Assembly (NCBI GenBank): GCA_044376115.1
Contig: JBILLK010000023.1
Coordinates: 64,001-128,000 of the forward strand
DNA: 64,000 nt
From: Polyangiaceae bacterium
GTDB lineage: Bacteria; Myxococcota_A; Polyangia; Polyangiales; Polyangiaceae
Direction of reading: 5' to 3'
Under the pieces are notes generated by a model. The model was not told the DNA's origin. It saw only the letters and a list, made by a program, of their open reading frames with translations, and searched no databases. Positions within the stretch are counted from its first letter, which is position 1; each line of letters opens with the position of its first letter. The position numbers and the translations under genes are program-made. This document shows, piece after piece, positions 47,855-57,409 of the stretch.

Positions 47855-48310
47855 GTGGCCAGAAGAGATGATCGAATCGACTCAGGCGTTGCGGTGTACG
47901 AAGACATCATTGCACTCGCCGAGTGTTCGGCGCTCGATCTCGAAGGCCACGCGCGAGATCCCGAGGCGCGCGATCTCTCCATCGCGCTACGACGCACCAT
48001 TCAGGCGTTGCGACTCGCCGTCGTTGCCGACGCGGAGCCAGCGATCTTGATGCGAATCCAGCTACGGCTCGAGACCATGACGCGCCAAGTCTCGACCTTC
48101 TTGGCCAACTGCGAAGCGAAGCCGGATTCCCAACGAGTCACCGCGCCCCCGCCCTCCGGGCTCGATCCGGCGACGCTGTTTCAGCATCAAACCCCCGCCT
48201 CCGAACGGCCCACCTTCAGGCCGGAACCGCCGGCGCAAGCCAAGTCTGGCGTCGTGTCGAAGGTCCAAGCGCCGGACTCGTCCGTTGGCAAATCGCGCAC
48301 GGGTGCGTAG
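47855..48310 (+). CDS. Hypothetical protein
   Basis: GGAGGAG ribosome site before the GTG start. Confidence 0.55.
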   Translation: MARRDDRIDSGVAVYEDIIALAECSALDLEGHARDPEARDLSIALRRTIQALRLAVVADAEPAILMRIQLRLETMTRQVSTFLANCEAKPDSQRVTAPPPSGLDPATLFQHQTPASERPTFRPEPPAQAKSGVVSKVQAPDSSVGKSRTGA

Positions 48311-49325
48311 CGGCCTGCTGCTCGCGCTGGCGCTCGGCTGTGACACCGCAGCCGAGTATCCGCCCGCACCCGCGATGGTTGCGTTTGCTGCGCCAGGCCC
48401 GGCGCGGCAGCGTCAGCACGCAGCCGTGGAGGCCAACCGTGCCTGCACCACGTGTCATGTGGACGAGGCCGCGGAGTGGCAGGGGTCGTTGCACCAACGC
48501 GCCAACATCGAGCCGGCGTACCTGCGTGCCTTCGCGATCGAGCCGATGCCGTTCTGTCGCAGTTGCCACGCGCCCGAGTCGCTCGTCGATCAAGCTCCGG
48601 ATCACGACGTGAGCGCACTCGGGGTTGGCTGCGTCACCTGTCACTTGACGAGCGGTGAGGTGTTGGCCACACCGGGAACCGGCAGCGCACCGCACGGCTT
48701 GATGCGAGACGCGGCGTTTGCGAGCAGCCGCGCTTGCGAGGGCTGCCATCAGTTTCGGTTCCCAGGGCGAATGAGCGCCGACCCCGCCGACTTCATGCAA
48801 ACCACGGTGATGGAACACGAGGCGAGCGGCTCCAGCCAAAGCTGCGCCGACTGCCACATGCCGCGCGAAGCCAACGGCAAACGCTCACATCGCTTCGTCT
48901 CCTCGCGCGATCCTGAGAAGCTCAAACAGGCGCTCTCGGTGAGCGCGGAGCGAATCCGCGGCGCGGTCAAACTCGCCCTGCGCCCCGTCAACGTCGGGCA
49001 CTCCTTCCCAACCGGGGATCTGTTCCGACGGCTCGAGGTGAGCGTGGAGGCGTACGGCGATGATCACGCTGTGGTCGCGAGCGAGCGCCGCTATTTGACG
49101 CGCCATTTCGACCTCACGTCGCGCGGGCGCATGTTGCTCAAAGACGACCGGCTGAAGCCCGATGGCGCTACGCTCGAGTTTGATTTGGGGCCGCAGGCAG
49201 CGGGCTTTCCCATCGCCTACCGCGTTGCATACCAGCGGGTCGCCCATCCCCAAGGCATCGATGAGGCCGCCGCGGTGCTCGAAGATGAGGTCGTGCTCGC
49301 GCAGGGAGATCTCCCGGCGCCCTGA
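48285..49325 (+). CDS. Pentaheme c-type cytochrome lipoprotein (start may be 48303)
   Basis: CTTCH, CRSCH, CVTCH, CEGCH, CADCH; EWQGSLH; GHSFPTGD; lipobox ALG-C. Confidence 0.88.
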   Translation: MANRARVRSGLLLALALGCDTAAEYPPAPAMVAFAAPGPARQRQHAAVEANRACTTCHVDEAAEWQGSLHQRANIEPAYLRAFAIEPMPFCRSCHAPESLVDQAPDHDVSALGVGCVTCHLTSGEVLATPGTGSAPHGLMRDAAFASSRACEGCHQFRFPGRMSADPADFMQTTVMEHEASGSSQSCADCHMPREANGKRSHRFVSSRDPEKLKQALSVSAERIRGAVKLALRPVNVGHSFPTGDLFRRLEVSVEAYGDDHAVVASERRYLTRHFDLTSRGRMLLKDDRLKPDGATLEFDLGPQAAGFPIAYRVAYQRVAHPQGIDEAAAVLEDEVVLAQGDLPAP

Positions 49326-49356
49326 CTCAGAAGCGCAGCGTTGTGGCCGACCGCAC

Positions 49357-50133
49357 TCAGCCGTAGTGTCGCTCATGCGCCGCGAGCTTGGGCTCGATCC
49401 GGCGTATCGCTTGCTCGACGCGCTGCGCGGGACCCACACCGCTGCCAGCCTGAAGGACATGCGTATGGGCGGCGCAAACGTTGTCAATGGTACGAAGACG
49501 CTCGACCAGGGCGCGCGCCCACTCACGGAAGTCGCTCGCTGCTCGAGCACGATGCTCCAAGACCTGGGATAGCGATGGATGGAATGCCAGGAGGTCCTGT
49601 TTGAACCAGCGGACCACGGGCGGCATCCGCACATAGTTGATGGTGTCATCCACATGCAGGGTGCGAGACACGCTGTGGAAGGCGAGCACAGAGGAAAAGT
49701 GAAGATTCTCGTTGGCTGGGATGAGCTCCACACCGCGTGGCACGGAGAAGTCGAGATCCTCGGCGAACAGATCATGCGCGTCGGGTTGGTCCGAGAGCTC
49801 GGGTTGCCATGGCAGCTCAGGCGCGAGCCTCTTGTGACGCGCGGTTCCGTAGAGCTTGGCGTGGGGATAAAGCGCGTGCACCTTCGGAACGAACAGCGTG
49901 TGGAACGGATGCAGGTGCAGGATCGCTTCGATCGCTTCGCCACCGTGGGTCAGCTCGGCAATGTGCGCTTGAGTTGCCTCCGTCAGCTCGCATGCGTCGA
50001 GAAGCAAGAAGCGGCCGCTCTTTCGCTGCACCAAAGAGGCGTGTGTGCCAATTGGAACTACACCGCCAAGCTTCAATGCGCCTCGAATGTTCCAGAAGCC
50101 TTTTCCAAGGTGGAGAATGTTGTCGGGAGCCAT
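49357..50133 (-). CDS. Metallo-beta-lactamase-like / DUF4336-like protein
   Basis: HLHPFHT, LHVDD, AAH. Confidence 0.6.
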   Translation of the reverse strand: MAPDNILHLGKGFWNIRGALKLGGVVPIGTHASLVQRKSGRFLLLDACELTEATQAHIAELTHGGEAIEAILHLHPFHTLFVPKVHALYPHAKLYGTARHKRLAPELPWQPELSDQPDAHDLFAEDLDFSVPRGVELIPANENLHFSSVLAFHSVSRTLHVDDTINYVRMPPVVRWFKQDLLAFHPSLSQVLEHRARAASDFREWARALVERLRTIDNVCAAHTHVLQAGSGVGPAQRVEQAIRRIEPKLAAHERHYG

Positions 50134-50377
50134 CGAGTTGCGCGCATCCTACGGCACTCGCAAAGGGTCGGGTCGCTGCATTGCGGGGCAGTCTGCACAA
50201 TTTTCGCCGTGATTCACGTTCTCGGATTCTGGCGCAGGGCGATCTCCCTGCGCGCTGACGGAGCACCAAGCGAGCTACGCGGCTCTACCTAGGATCCGAT
50301 TGTCATCCCGGCTCGCGACTGCAGGACGCTGAATCGCGGCGCGTTGAGAGTGGCAGAGATCCTGCACTCCGCTCGAG

Positions 50378-51004
50378 GTGCTCACCTCTCTCAAGCCGTG
50401 GCTAGGCGTTGGTCTTCTCACCTGCGCGCTCGCTGCGCCCAATCACGGCTTCGCGCAAGAAGAAACACAGCCCGTTGCTTCCGCGCCGAGCGCTTCAACG
50501 GCGTCCTCCGTGGAACCCACCTTCATTCATCTCGAGGCCGATCCCAGCGTTAGTTTGCGTCGTCGAGGCGGCCGGTTCGGCACGCACATCTGCGGCGCGC
50601 CCTGTGATGTCACGGTCGACGTTTCTTATGCTCAGACTTTCTACTTGGAGGGGCTCTCGTTCGATCCGGGTGGCGTTCGCCTTTCGCCAGGTCGCCGCAA
50701 TGAGATCGCGGTGGCCGGCGATCAGGGCGTGCACGTACTCGGCTTCTCGCTGCTCACGGTTGGCGGCGCAGCGTTTGGTGCGGGCGGGCTCGTGTTCGCG
50801 TTTCACGGCTTTATCAGCGCGGTCTACGACGATGAACTCCCGACAGAAAACATCGCACTCTATTCGTCGCTGGTCGGCGGCGGCGCGCTCTTGCTTGCAG
50901 TTGGGATACCCCTCTTCGTTGCGGGCGACCCAACGCTCGTCGTCGAGGTGACAGAGGGCTCTCCCGTGTCGCTCCGGCCGGATGGGCTGGCGGTGCAGTT
51001 TTGA
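50378..51004 (+). CDS. Secreted hypothetical protein with a C-terminal hydrophobic hairpin
   Basis: Signal peptide, CGAPC, two hydrophobic helices, terminal Phe. Confidence 0.6.
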   Translation: MLTSLKPWLGVGLLTCALAAPNHGFAQEETQPVASAPSASTASSVEPTFIHLEADPSVSLRRRGGRFGTHICGAPCDVTVDVSYAQTFYLEGLSFDPGGVRLSPGRRNEIAVAGDQGVHVLGFSLLTVGGAAFGAGGLVFAFHGFISAVYDDELPTENIALYSSLVGGGALLLAVGIPLFVAGDPTLVVEVTEGSPVSLRPDGLAVQF

Positions 51005-51600
51005 ACCCCGGGTGCGGCTCCGCGGAACCGCTCGCTGGGATCGCGTGTGCGGTGCTGCTCGCAGGCTGCTCCTTGCCGGTGATGCCGAAGCACGCGGCTC
51101 CACCGCACCCGCCCGACGCGCTCGTGCAGGAGGTGTTCGTCCGGATCGATTCAGACGCTCCAGGTGCGGCGCTGGTTCGCACGGGCGAACAGGACGGGGT
51201 CGAATGTGTGGCGCCATGCCTGCGCAACGTCGTGATTCGACAGAGCACGTTCTACGAGCTGCACGCACCGGGGCAACTGCCGACGAGCCCGTTCTCGGCG
51301 TACTCCGCCGAAGATAAGGCGCTCTGGCTCACGCACGAAGGCGTGGCACCGTCGCTCAAGTGGGGGTTCGGTGCGGCCACCGTGGTATCGGGCACGCTGG
51401 GGCTTGTACTTCTCGTCACCGGTGGCGCGATGAACACGCAGGCGGTAAGGCGCGATACTCCGGATTTGCCGCTCGGGCTGGGCGTATCCGGCCTGATCTT
51501 GGGCCTGCCGATCTGCGCGCTCTTCGGCGGGCTGACGGCCGCTTATTCGGACAGCCGCTACGACTTCAAGGACCCGGCCTTGCCGGGCTTCCGCTTCTGA
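51001..51600 (+). CDS. Hypothetical lipoprotein, probable paralog of the upstream gene
   Basis: Lipobox LAG-C, CVAPC, two hydrophobic helices, terminal Phe. Confidence 0.6.
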   Translation: MNPGCGSAEPLAGIACAVLLAGCSLPVMPKHAAPPHPPDALVQEVFVRIDSDAPGAALVRTGEQDGVECVAPCLRNVVIRQSTFYELHAPGQLPTSPFSAYSAEDKALWLTHEGVAPSLKWGFGAATVVSGTLGLVLLVTGGAMNTQAVRRDTPDLPLGLGVSGLILGLPICALFGGLTAAYSDSRYDFKDPALPGFRF

Positions 51601-51625
51601 TCGAAGCGCCAACCCGGAGAGCCGC

Positions 51626-52924
51626 TCAGCCGGCCCGCTCAGCGGGTGGCTTGTCGAGTTCGAAGGCGTCATGCAAAGCGTTCACTGCGAGCTCGGTGTA
51701 CTTGGTCGCGACCAAGCAGGAGACGCGGATCTCGCTGGTCGAGATCGCCTGAATGTTGATGCCGTGATCCGCCAGCGTGCGGAACATCTTGGCGGCGACT
51801 CCCGCGTGCGAACGCATGCCCAAACCCACGATGCTGATCTTGGCGATGTCCTCGTCGAAGCGAACCGACTCAGCGCCGACCTTCTTGGCGATGGCGTCAA
51901 TCACGTCTCGCACCCGCGTGAGATCCGTCTTGCCCGCCGTGAAGGTAACGTCGGTGGAGAGCGAGGCTGCGCCGCTGCGATCCGCGACCGACACGTTCTG
52001 AATGATCATGTCGACCGAGACGTTGTGCTCCGCGAGCTTGCCGAAGATATCGGCGACCACACCCGGTTGATCGCGCACGCCCACCAACATGACGCGCGCT
52101 TCATTCTTGTCGTAGGCAATGCCCGTGACCACGACCTCTTCCAAATCCGACTCCCCCGTGACCACGGTGCCCGGCGAGGACGAGAAAGAGCTTCGGACAT
52201 GCACCGGCACACCATGTTTCATAGCCATCTCCACACTTCGAATCTGAAGGACTTTGGCGCCGAGCGACGCGAGCTCGAGCATTTCTTCGTGACTGATCTT
52301 GTCGATCTTGCGCGCCTTGCTGCATACGTTCGGATCGGTCGTGTAAACGCCGTCCACGTCGGTGAAGATCTCGCACACGCTCGCCGACAAGGCTGCCGCC
52401 ACGGCGACGGCGCTGGTGTCGCTGCCGCCGCGACCGAGCGTGGTGATGTTGCCGTCTTCATCCACGCCTTGGAACCCGGCGACGACAGCGATCTCCCCGG
52501 CGTCGAGCGACTGAAAGACGCGCGCGCCGTCGATCGTCCGAATACGCGCTTTGGTGAAGGAGTTGTCGGTGAGGATCTTGAGCTGGTGCCCGAGGTAGCT
52601 GCGCGCGCGCCCGCCTTGCGACTGAATGGCCATGGCCATCAGCGCGCTCGCGACCTGCTCCCCAGTGGCCGACAAAGCGTCGAGCTCGCGAGCATCGGGG
52701 ATCGGCGTCACGTCACGGGCCAGGCGCAACAAGCGGTCTGTCTCCCCGGACATCGCGCTCACGATCACCACCACGCGGTTGCCCTCGGCCTGTGCCGCGA
52801 GCGCCCGACCGGCGGCCGAACGGATGCGCTCCACGGTGCCCATCGAGGTGCCACCAAACTTCTGAACGACGATTGACTCGGAGCTGGTCACTTCGCGTGC
52901 AGCATGCCTCGTCCTCAGGCTCAA
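51626..52924 (-). CDS. lysC: Aspartate kinase (start may be GTG at 52891)
   Basis: VQKFGGTS, VSAMSGETD, TTLGRGGSDTSA, TDVDGVYTTDP, two ACT domains. Confidence 0.96.
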   Translation of the reverse strand: MSLRTRHAAREVTSSESIVVQKFGGTSMGTVERIRSAAGRALAAQAEGNRVVVIVSAMSGETDRLLRLARDVTPIPDARELDALSATGEQVASALMAMAIQSQGGRARSYLGHQLKILTDNSFTKARIRTIDGARVFQSLDAGEIAVVAGFQGVDEDGNITTLGRGGSDTSAVAVAAALSASVCEIFTDVDGVYTTDPNVCSKARKIDKISHEEMLELASLGAKVLQIRSVEMAMKHGVPVHVRSSFSSSPGTVVTGESDLEEVVVTGIAYDKNEARVMLVGVRDQPGVVADIFGKLAEHNVSVDMIIQNVSVADRSGAASLSTDVTFTAGKTDLTRVRDVIDAIAKKVGAESVRFDEDIAKISIVGLGMRSHAGVAAKMFRTLADHGINIQAISTSEIRVSCLVATKYTELAVNALHDAFELDKPPAERAG

Positions 52925-52974
52925 TTACAAGCCCGCCTTGTCAGCTGCCGTGAGCGCGGCGATAGTTCGCCGCG

Positions 52975-53892
52975 ATGGACCATGCTCGCGGCACGACCGG
53001 CAACCCGCTCGATGATTTCGTAGGGCGCTGCGGCTTCGACCAACTGTGGGCGCAAGGCCGCGATGGCACCCGCATTCGAGTCGTGCGCGCCGGAGCAGGC
53101 AATCGCAAACGCGTGCTCTGCCTGCACGGCTTTCCGCAAAACGCAGCCGCGTGGCGCAAGCTCGGCGTGTTGCTCGCCGATTCCTTCGAGGTGCTGATGC
53201 CCGACCTGCGCGGCTTCGGTCGTTCGGACCACGCGGTGAGCGGCGCGTACGATCTCGATACGCTGGCCGATGACGTCGAGCGCGTTGCGCTCGCAACCGA
53301 CCACGGCCGCGAGCCCCAGCTGACCTTGGTCGCGCATGATTGGGGCGGACCGATCGCTTGGCGATTTCTCGAGCAGCACCCAGCGCGCGTTTCCCACTTC
53401 GTCTGCGTCAACGGGCCCCACGCGAAGGTCTACGCCAAAGAGCTGCGCGACAACCCTGAGCAACGGCGGGGCGCGTGGTACACCGCGCTTTTCCAGATAC
53501 CCAAGATTGAGCATCTTTTGGCGGCCGGAGGCGCGCAAGCCCTGGTCAACGTGCTGCTCAAGAGCTCCAACGTAGGCACCTTCAGCGAAGAAGACCTGGT
53601 GCTCTACATCGAGCCGCTGTCCAACCCCGAGCGGCTGCGCGCGGCGCTCTCCTACTACCGAGCCGGCGCGCGCGCCCTGTTCAGCGCCATCGCCACCGAA
53701 GCCACGCCGCTTCAAACCCCGACCACGCTGCTTTGGGGAGAGCAGGATCAAGCTTTACGCTTTTCGATCTGCGAGCGCATCGTGCGCGAGGTCGTCCCGC
53801 ACGCAACGGTGCGTCGACTACCGAACGGAACGCATTGGGTCCCCGACGAAAGCCCCGAGGAGATCGCCGCGATCGTTCGGGCGCACGGCTGA
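52975..53892 (+). CDS. Epoxide hydrolase-like alpha/beta hydrolase
   Basis: LHGFPQ, DLRGFGRS, AHDWGG, YYR, HWV. Confidence 0.88.
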   Translation: MDHARGTTGNPLDDFVGRCGFDQLWAQGRDGTRIRVVRAGAGNRKRVLCLHGFPQNAAAWRKLGVLLADSFEVLMPDLRGFGRSDHAVSGAYDLDTLADDVERVALATDHGREPQLTLVAHDWGGPIAWRFLEQHPARVSHFVCVNGPHAKVYAKELRDNPEQRRGAWYTALFQIPKIEHLLAAGGAQALVNVLLKSSNVGTFSEEDLVLYIEPLSNPERLRAALSYYRAGARALFSAIATEATPLQTPTTLLWGEQDQALRFSICERIVREVVPHATVRRLPNGTHWVPDESPEEIAAIVRAHG

Positions 53893-53909
53893 CAGTGCGC
53901 ACCTCGGTC

Positions 53910-55121
53910 TCAGTGGATCAGCGGGTGCTGCCTTATCACCCAAGCTTGCTCCTCGGAGATGAGCGTGCTGCCTGAGAGCGTCACGTTGTAGAACATCAAG
54001 TAGTCGTCGGAGTTGGCCTCGTCGGTGTCGGGAATGTTGTCGAAGATGCCGGGGATCGGCTCGGCGGTGTGGAACAGCCCCAAGAAGTGCCCCGCCTCGT
54101 GCGCGCCAACCAGGGCCCAGTCCTCCGGATACTCGTCTTTCGCCCAGGTCGCGATCAGCACACCGTCCTTGGTTGCGAACGGTAAGCCAGGCGTTCCGTT
54201 CGACAGCCCCGCAAGCGAAGCCCCGACATCGACCTCCCCCACCTTGCAGGCGAAGGCGTCGACGAACACCAGATGAAGCGCCCCTGGTGCCGGTGCGACG
54301 CTATCAAAGACCTCGCTCACTTGGCCGGTGAGACACGCGCTGCCGAGTTCGATCGGGGTCTGCAGCTGACTCGCGTTATCGCGGTACTCCACGTTACCCA
54401 GCGCAATGCCTGCATCGGCGAGAGACGCTGCGAGCTTCTCGCGAAGCCGTGCCAACGCTGGGTCGGTGGGAGCGCTCGCCGCCTCGAGGTTGCTCGAGGC
54501 ATCGAAGGTCATCACCACGTCGAGCACGCCTTGCGCCGGAGGGGCGACGTTGCGTTTGACGACACCGACGCGCAGCTTGCCTTCGAGCGGGACCGGCAAA
54601 AGCCGACCAACGCTATCGAGCTCGAGACGCACGCTCGTCATACGGAAACTGTACGTCCCGCGCTTCAACGCAATCGCGGGTGTGTTCGGTACCAGCGAGG
54701 CGTTTGCGCGGGGTCGACCGAGCGATCGATTGGGCGACATCGCAGGCCCAGGAAACCCCGCGAAGTAGTTCGCGGTGCGCAGGTCGACCTCGCGCTCTGG
54801 CTCCACGAGCAAGGCACCTTCGGGGTCTACCACCGCGAGCGTTTGAACGAAGCTGCCTTCACTGCCAACGCCCACGATGAAGAAGCTCTGCGTCTCTTCG
54901 CCTACCTCGAAGGAGAGGTCGGGGGTCTCGCCCTCCGCTAGCTCAACCTCCCCAAAGTCGATGAGTTCGAAGCCTGCGGGGAGGTCGGCCGGAAAGCGCC
55001 CAGCGACCTCGAGCGGCGCTGAAACCTCTTCGCAGTTCGACTCCAACTCACACTCCTCATCCGCTCTGCACGCAGCGTGAAGGGCGATCGCTGCGACCAA
55101 AGCCACGTTGCACCAGCGCAT
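53910..55121 (-). CDS. Zinc metalloprotease lipoprotein, metzincin/M43-like
   Basis: HEAGHFLGLFHT, IPDT, YLMF Met-turn; lipobox. Confidence 0.78.
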   Translation of the reverse strand: MRWCNVALVAAIALHAACRADEECELESNCEEVSAPLEVAGRFPADLPAGFELIDFGEVELAEGETPDLSFEVGEETQSFFIVGVGSEGSFVQTLAVVDPEGALLVEPEREVDLRTANYFAGFPGPAMSPNRSLGRPRANASLVPNTPAIALKRGTYSFRMTSVRLELDSVGRLLPVPLEGKLRVGVVKRNVAPPAQGVLDVVMTFDASSNLEAASAPTDPALARLREKLAASLADAGIALGNVEYRDNASQLQTPIELGSACLTGQVSEVFDSVAPAPGALHLVFVDAFACKVGEVDVGASLAGLSNGTPGLPFATKDGVLIATWAKDEYPEDWALVGAHEAGHFLGLFHTAEPIPGIFDNIPDTDEANSDDYLMFYNVTLSGSTLISEEQAWVIRQHPLIH

Positions 55122-55262
55122 CCTTCTCTCCTGGCCGCAACGCTAGCGAGCTACAAAAGGCCGCTCAACCCCGCGCCGGTCCCTCATCAAGGGCTTTGAT
55201 TTGCGGCCAATGAGCAATATCCAGGAATGTCGACTCCGCTGCCGGGTCGAATCCGTGCTCCA

Positions 55263-57152
55263 TCAGCTAGCCTTGGGCGCCGCCGGCAACAGCTGACGCA
55301 AACGAAAGGCCATTGCGTGGTTGCGCCGCTCGGCCTCGACCAGCTTGTCGGTGGCCTTCCCGACCAAGACGAAGATGGCGAAGGGCTGCGCCGCAGTGAC
55401 CAGCGTCATCACCAGGAGCGTTGCGATGGGTGGGTCAAACTCGAGCAGCTCCGAGCGCACGATCAAGGCGCCCTGTTGAAACGAGTACGGGTTGTGCGTC
55501 ACGCCGGTGAGCGCGAGCAGCATCGGTACCACCACCGAGGCGACCGACAGCCCGAGCAGGAGCCACTTGGTCTCGCGGGTGGCGCGCAAACTGACGAGGA
55601 AGGACGCGGCTAGAACCGCTGCCCAGCCGGGGATCGCGATCAGCGGCCCAGCGAAGGCGCTGGTCATCCCCAACAAGGTGAAGTTTGCGACAATCGCGAT
55701 GCGCATGAAGCGCGGCTGTACATTGCCAGTCGCAAACATCCAGCCGCCGTATACAAACAAGGAGCTCACGCCCAAAACTGCGGCGAGGGTGAGCGCCGTG
55801 TTCTTCGTCCCCCAGAACAGGAAGAACATCATGATGAAGAGCCAGACAGCATACCCAGCAACGGCGAACTTGCTGTTCTCGCGGCGATCCGCGAGCGCAA
55901 CCTGCTTGAGCTCCTGCAACGCCTCCGGCGGCAAAGCGTTGCTATCGGAGAAGACCAGCTCCGACACCAAGCGCAGCGCCTTTTCGTTGGTCGGATCCAG
56001 AGCCAGCGCACGCCCTAACGCCTGCATGCCGCGCTCACGCTGCTCGGAACCACCGCCCTCGGCGACGGCCGTGAGCAGCTTTGTGGCGTTGACGAGGTGC
56101 TCTTCCGCCGAGCGCTTGCGTAGCTCCGCGTCCCGCTCGCCATCCAGAAACTCCTCCAGTTGGCGCGAAAACTCGCGCGCCGAGTTGAAGCGTTCCTTGC
56201 TGCTGGCCGCGGTTGCACGTCGGCAAATTGCGTCGAGCTCCGGTGGCACCTCGAGCTGGGGAAAGCGCGCGAGCGGCTGCGCGACCGGATTGGCCAGCGT
56301 GGAAAGCAAGAGGCTCTGCGCCGTTGCACCTTCATGCGCCATTGCGCCGGTGAGGATCTCGAACAAGATGCAGCCGAGCGCGTAAACATCGGAGGCCGGC
56401 CCGACCTCGCCGACCTCGCCGCGCACTTGCTCAGGCGACATGTAGCCGGGCGTGCCGATCAAAGCGCCGGCTTGCGTAGCGTGCGCCATGTCCGAAGCGA
56501 CGGCCTCCACGGGCTCGGCCGACTCCGCGCCGAGCTTGGCCACCCCCCAATCGAGTACGTACACCTCGCCGAACTCCCCGAGCATGATGTTCTCGGGCTT
56601 GAGGTCGCGGTGCACCACGCCGCGCGCATGCGCGAAGGCAACGGCCTGGCTCGCTTGTGAAAGCAACGCCACCAACTTGCGTTGACTCAGCTCTTCGCCG
56701 CGCGGCTGCCAGGACGGCTTGACCCCAGCGTCGATCAGCTCGTCGAGCGCGTCTCGCAGCGTTTTGCCGCCGATCCGCTTCATCGTAAAGTACGGCTGGC
56801 CATCAGCGTTCGCCGCCAGATCGTAAACCGGCACGATGCTCGGATGCTCGAGTTGGCCCTGCAAACGCGCCTCACGCAGGAAGCGCGTGTGGCCCTCAGT
56901 ACCATCGCTCACGCGCACCTTCATCACCTTCATCGCCACTTCACGGCCCAGGAAGGCGTCCTGACAAAGGTGAACCTCTCCCATGCCGCCGGCTCCGAGC
57001 AGCTTGCGTGGCGTGTAACGAGTTCCAGCCAACGCCGCAGGCTCGGCATCGATCGCCCCACGTGCTGACTCGAAGAACGCGGGGAGCGTCTCCGAGGTGC
57101 CGAGAGGGATGGTCGGATGTTCCGCATCCGGGGGCCGCGCGCTGTCTCTCAT
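55263..57152 (-). CDS. Ser/Thr protein kinase with a multi-TM C-terminal domain
   Basis: GAGGMGEV, VAMK, HRDLKPEN, DWG, GTPGYMSPEQ; about 5-6 TM helices. Confidence 0.92.
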   Translation of the reverse strand: MRDSARPPDAEHPTIPLGTSETLPAFFESARGAIDAEPAALAGTRYTPRKLLGAGGMGEVHLCQDAFLGREVAMKVMKVRVSDGTEGHTRFLREARLQGQLEHPSIVPVYDLAANADGQPYFTMKRIGGKTLRDALDELIDAGVKPSWQPRGEELSQRKLVALLSQASQAVAFAHARGVVHRDLKPENIMLGEFGEVYVLDWGVAKLGAESAEPVEAVASDMAHATQAGALIGTPGYMSPEQVRGEVGEVGPASDVYALGCILFEILTGAMAHEGATAQSLLLSTLANPVAQPLARFPQLEVPPELDAICRRATAASSKERFNSAREFSRQLEEFLDGERDAELRKRSAEEHLVNATKLLTAVAEGGGSEQRERGMQALGRALALDPTNEKALRLVSELVFSDSNALPPEALQELKQVALADRRENSKFAVAGYAVWLFIMMFFLFWGTKNTALTLAAVLGVSSLFVYGGWMFATGNVQPRFMRIAIVANFTLLGMTSAFAGPLIAIPGWAAVLAASFLVSLRATRETKWLLLGLSVASVVVPMLLALTGVTHNPYSFQQGALIVRSELLEFDPPIATLLVMTLVTAAQPFAIFVLVGKATDKLVEAERRNHAMAFRLRQLLPAAPKAS

Positions 57153-57302
57153 GGGGCCATCCTAGACCGGAGTGAGCCTCGCCCAACGCTGTCAGCAAAA
57201 CAGATTTGCTCGTTACTTGACCGACGCAAACTCGACGGTTTCGTCAAGGGCGCGAGAAATACACGGGAATAGAAGGCTGTTTTCGTCGTTTTGGGGGACC
57301 GG

Positions 57303-57330
57303 TTGACAGCGATCGGTCCCGAATTAGGAT
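57303..57330 (+). promoter_or_regulatory. Candidate sigma-70 promoter for the ABC operon
   Basis: TTGACA-N16-TAGGAT. Confidence 0.55.
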
Positions 57331-57409
57331 GCCGCCCGCTCAGCCCCCACACACACACAGCTTACGGGGGAGCCCTCGCGGAACAGAACCGCGAACGACG
57401 GAGGATGCT

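Noticed and set aside
51671..52876. Long plus-strand ORF of 401 aa
   Set aside because: Antisense shadow of lysC
52924..52975. Lysine riboswitch upstream of lysC
   Set aside because: The divergent gap is only about 50-85 nt, too short for this riboswitch
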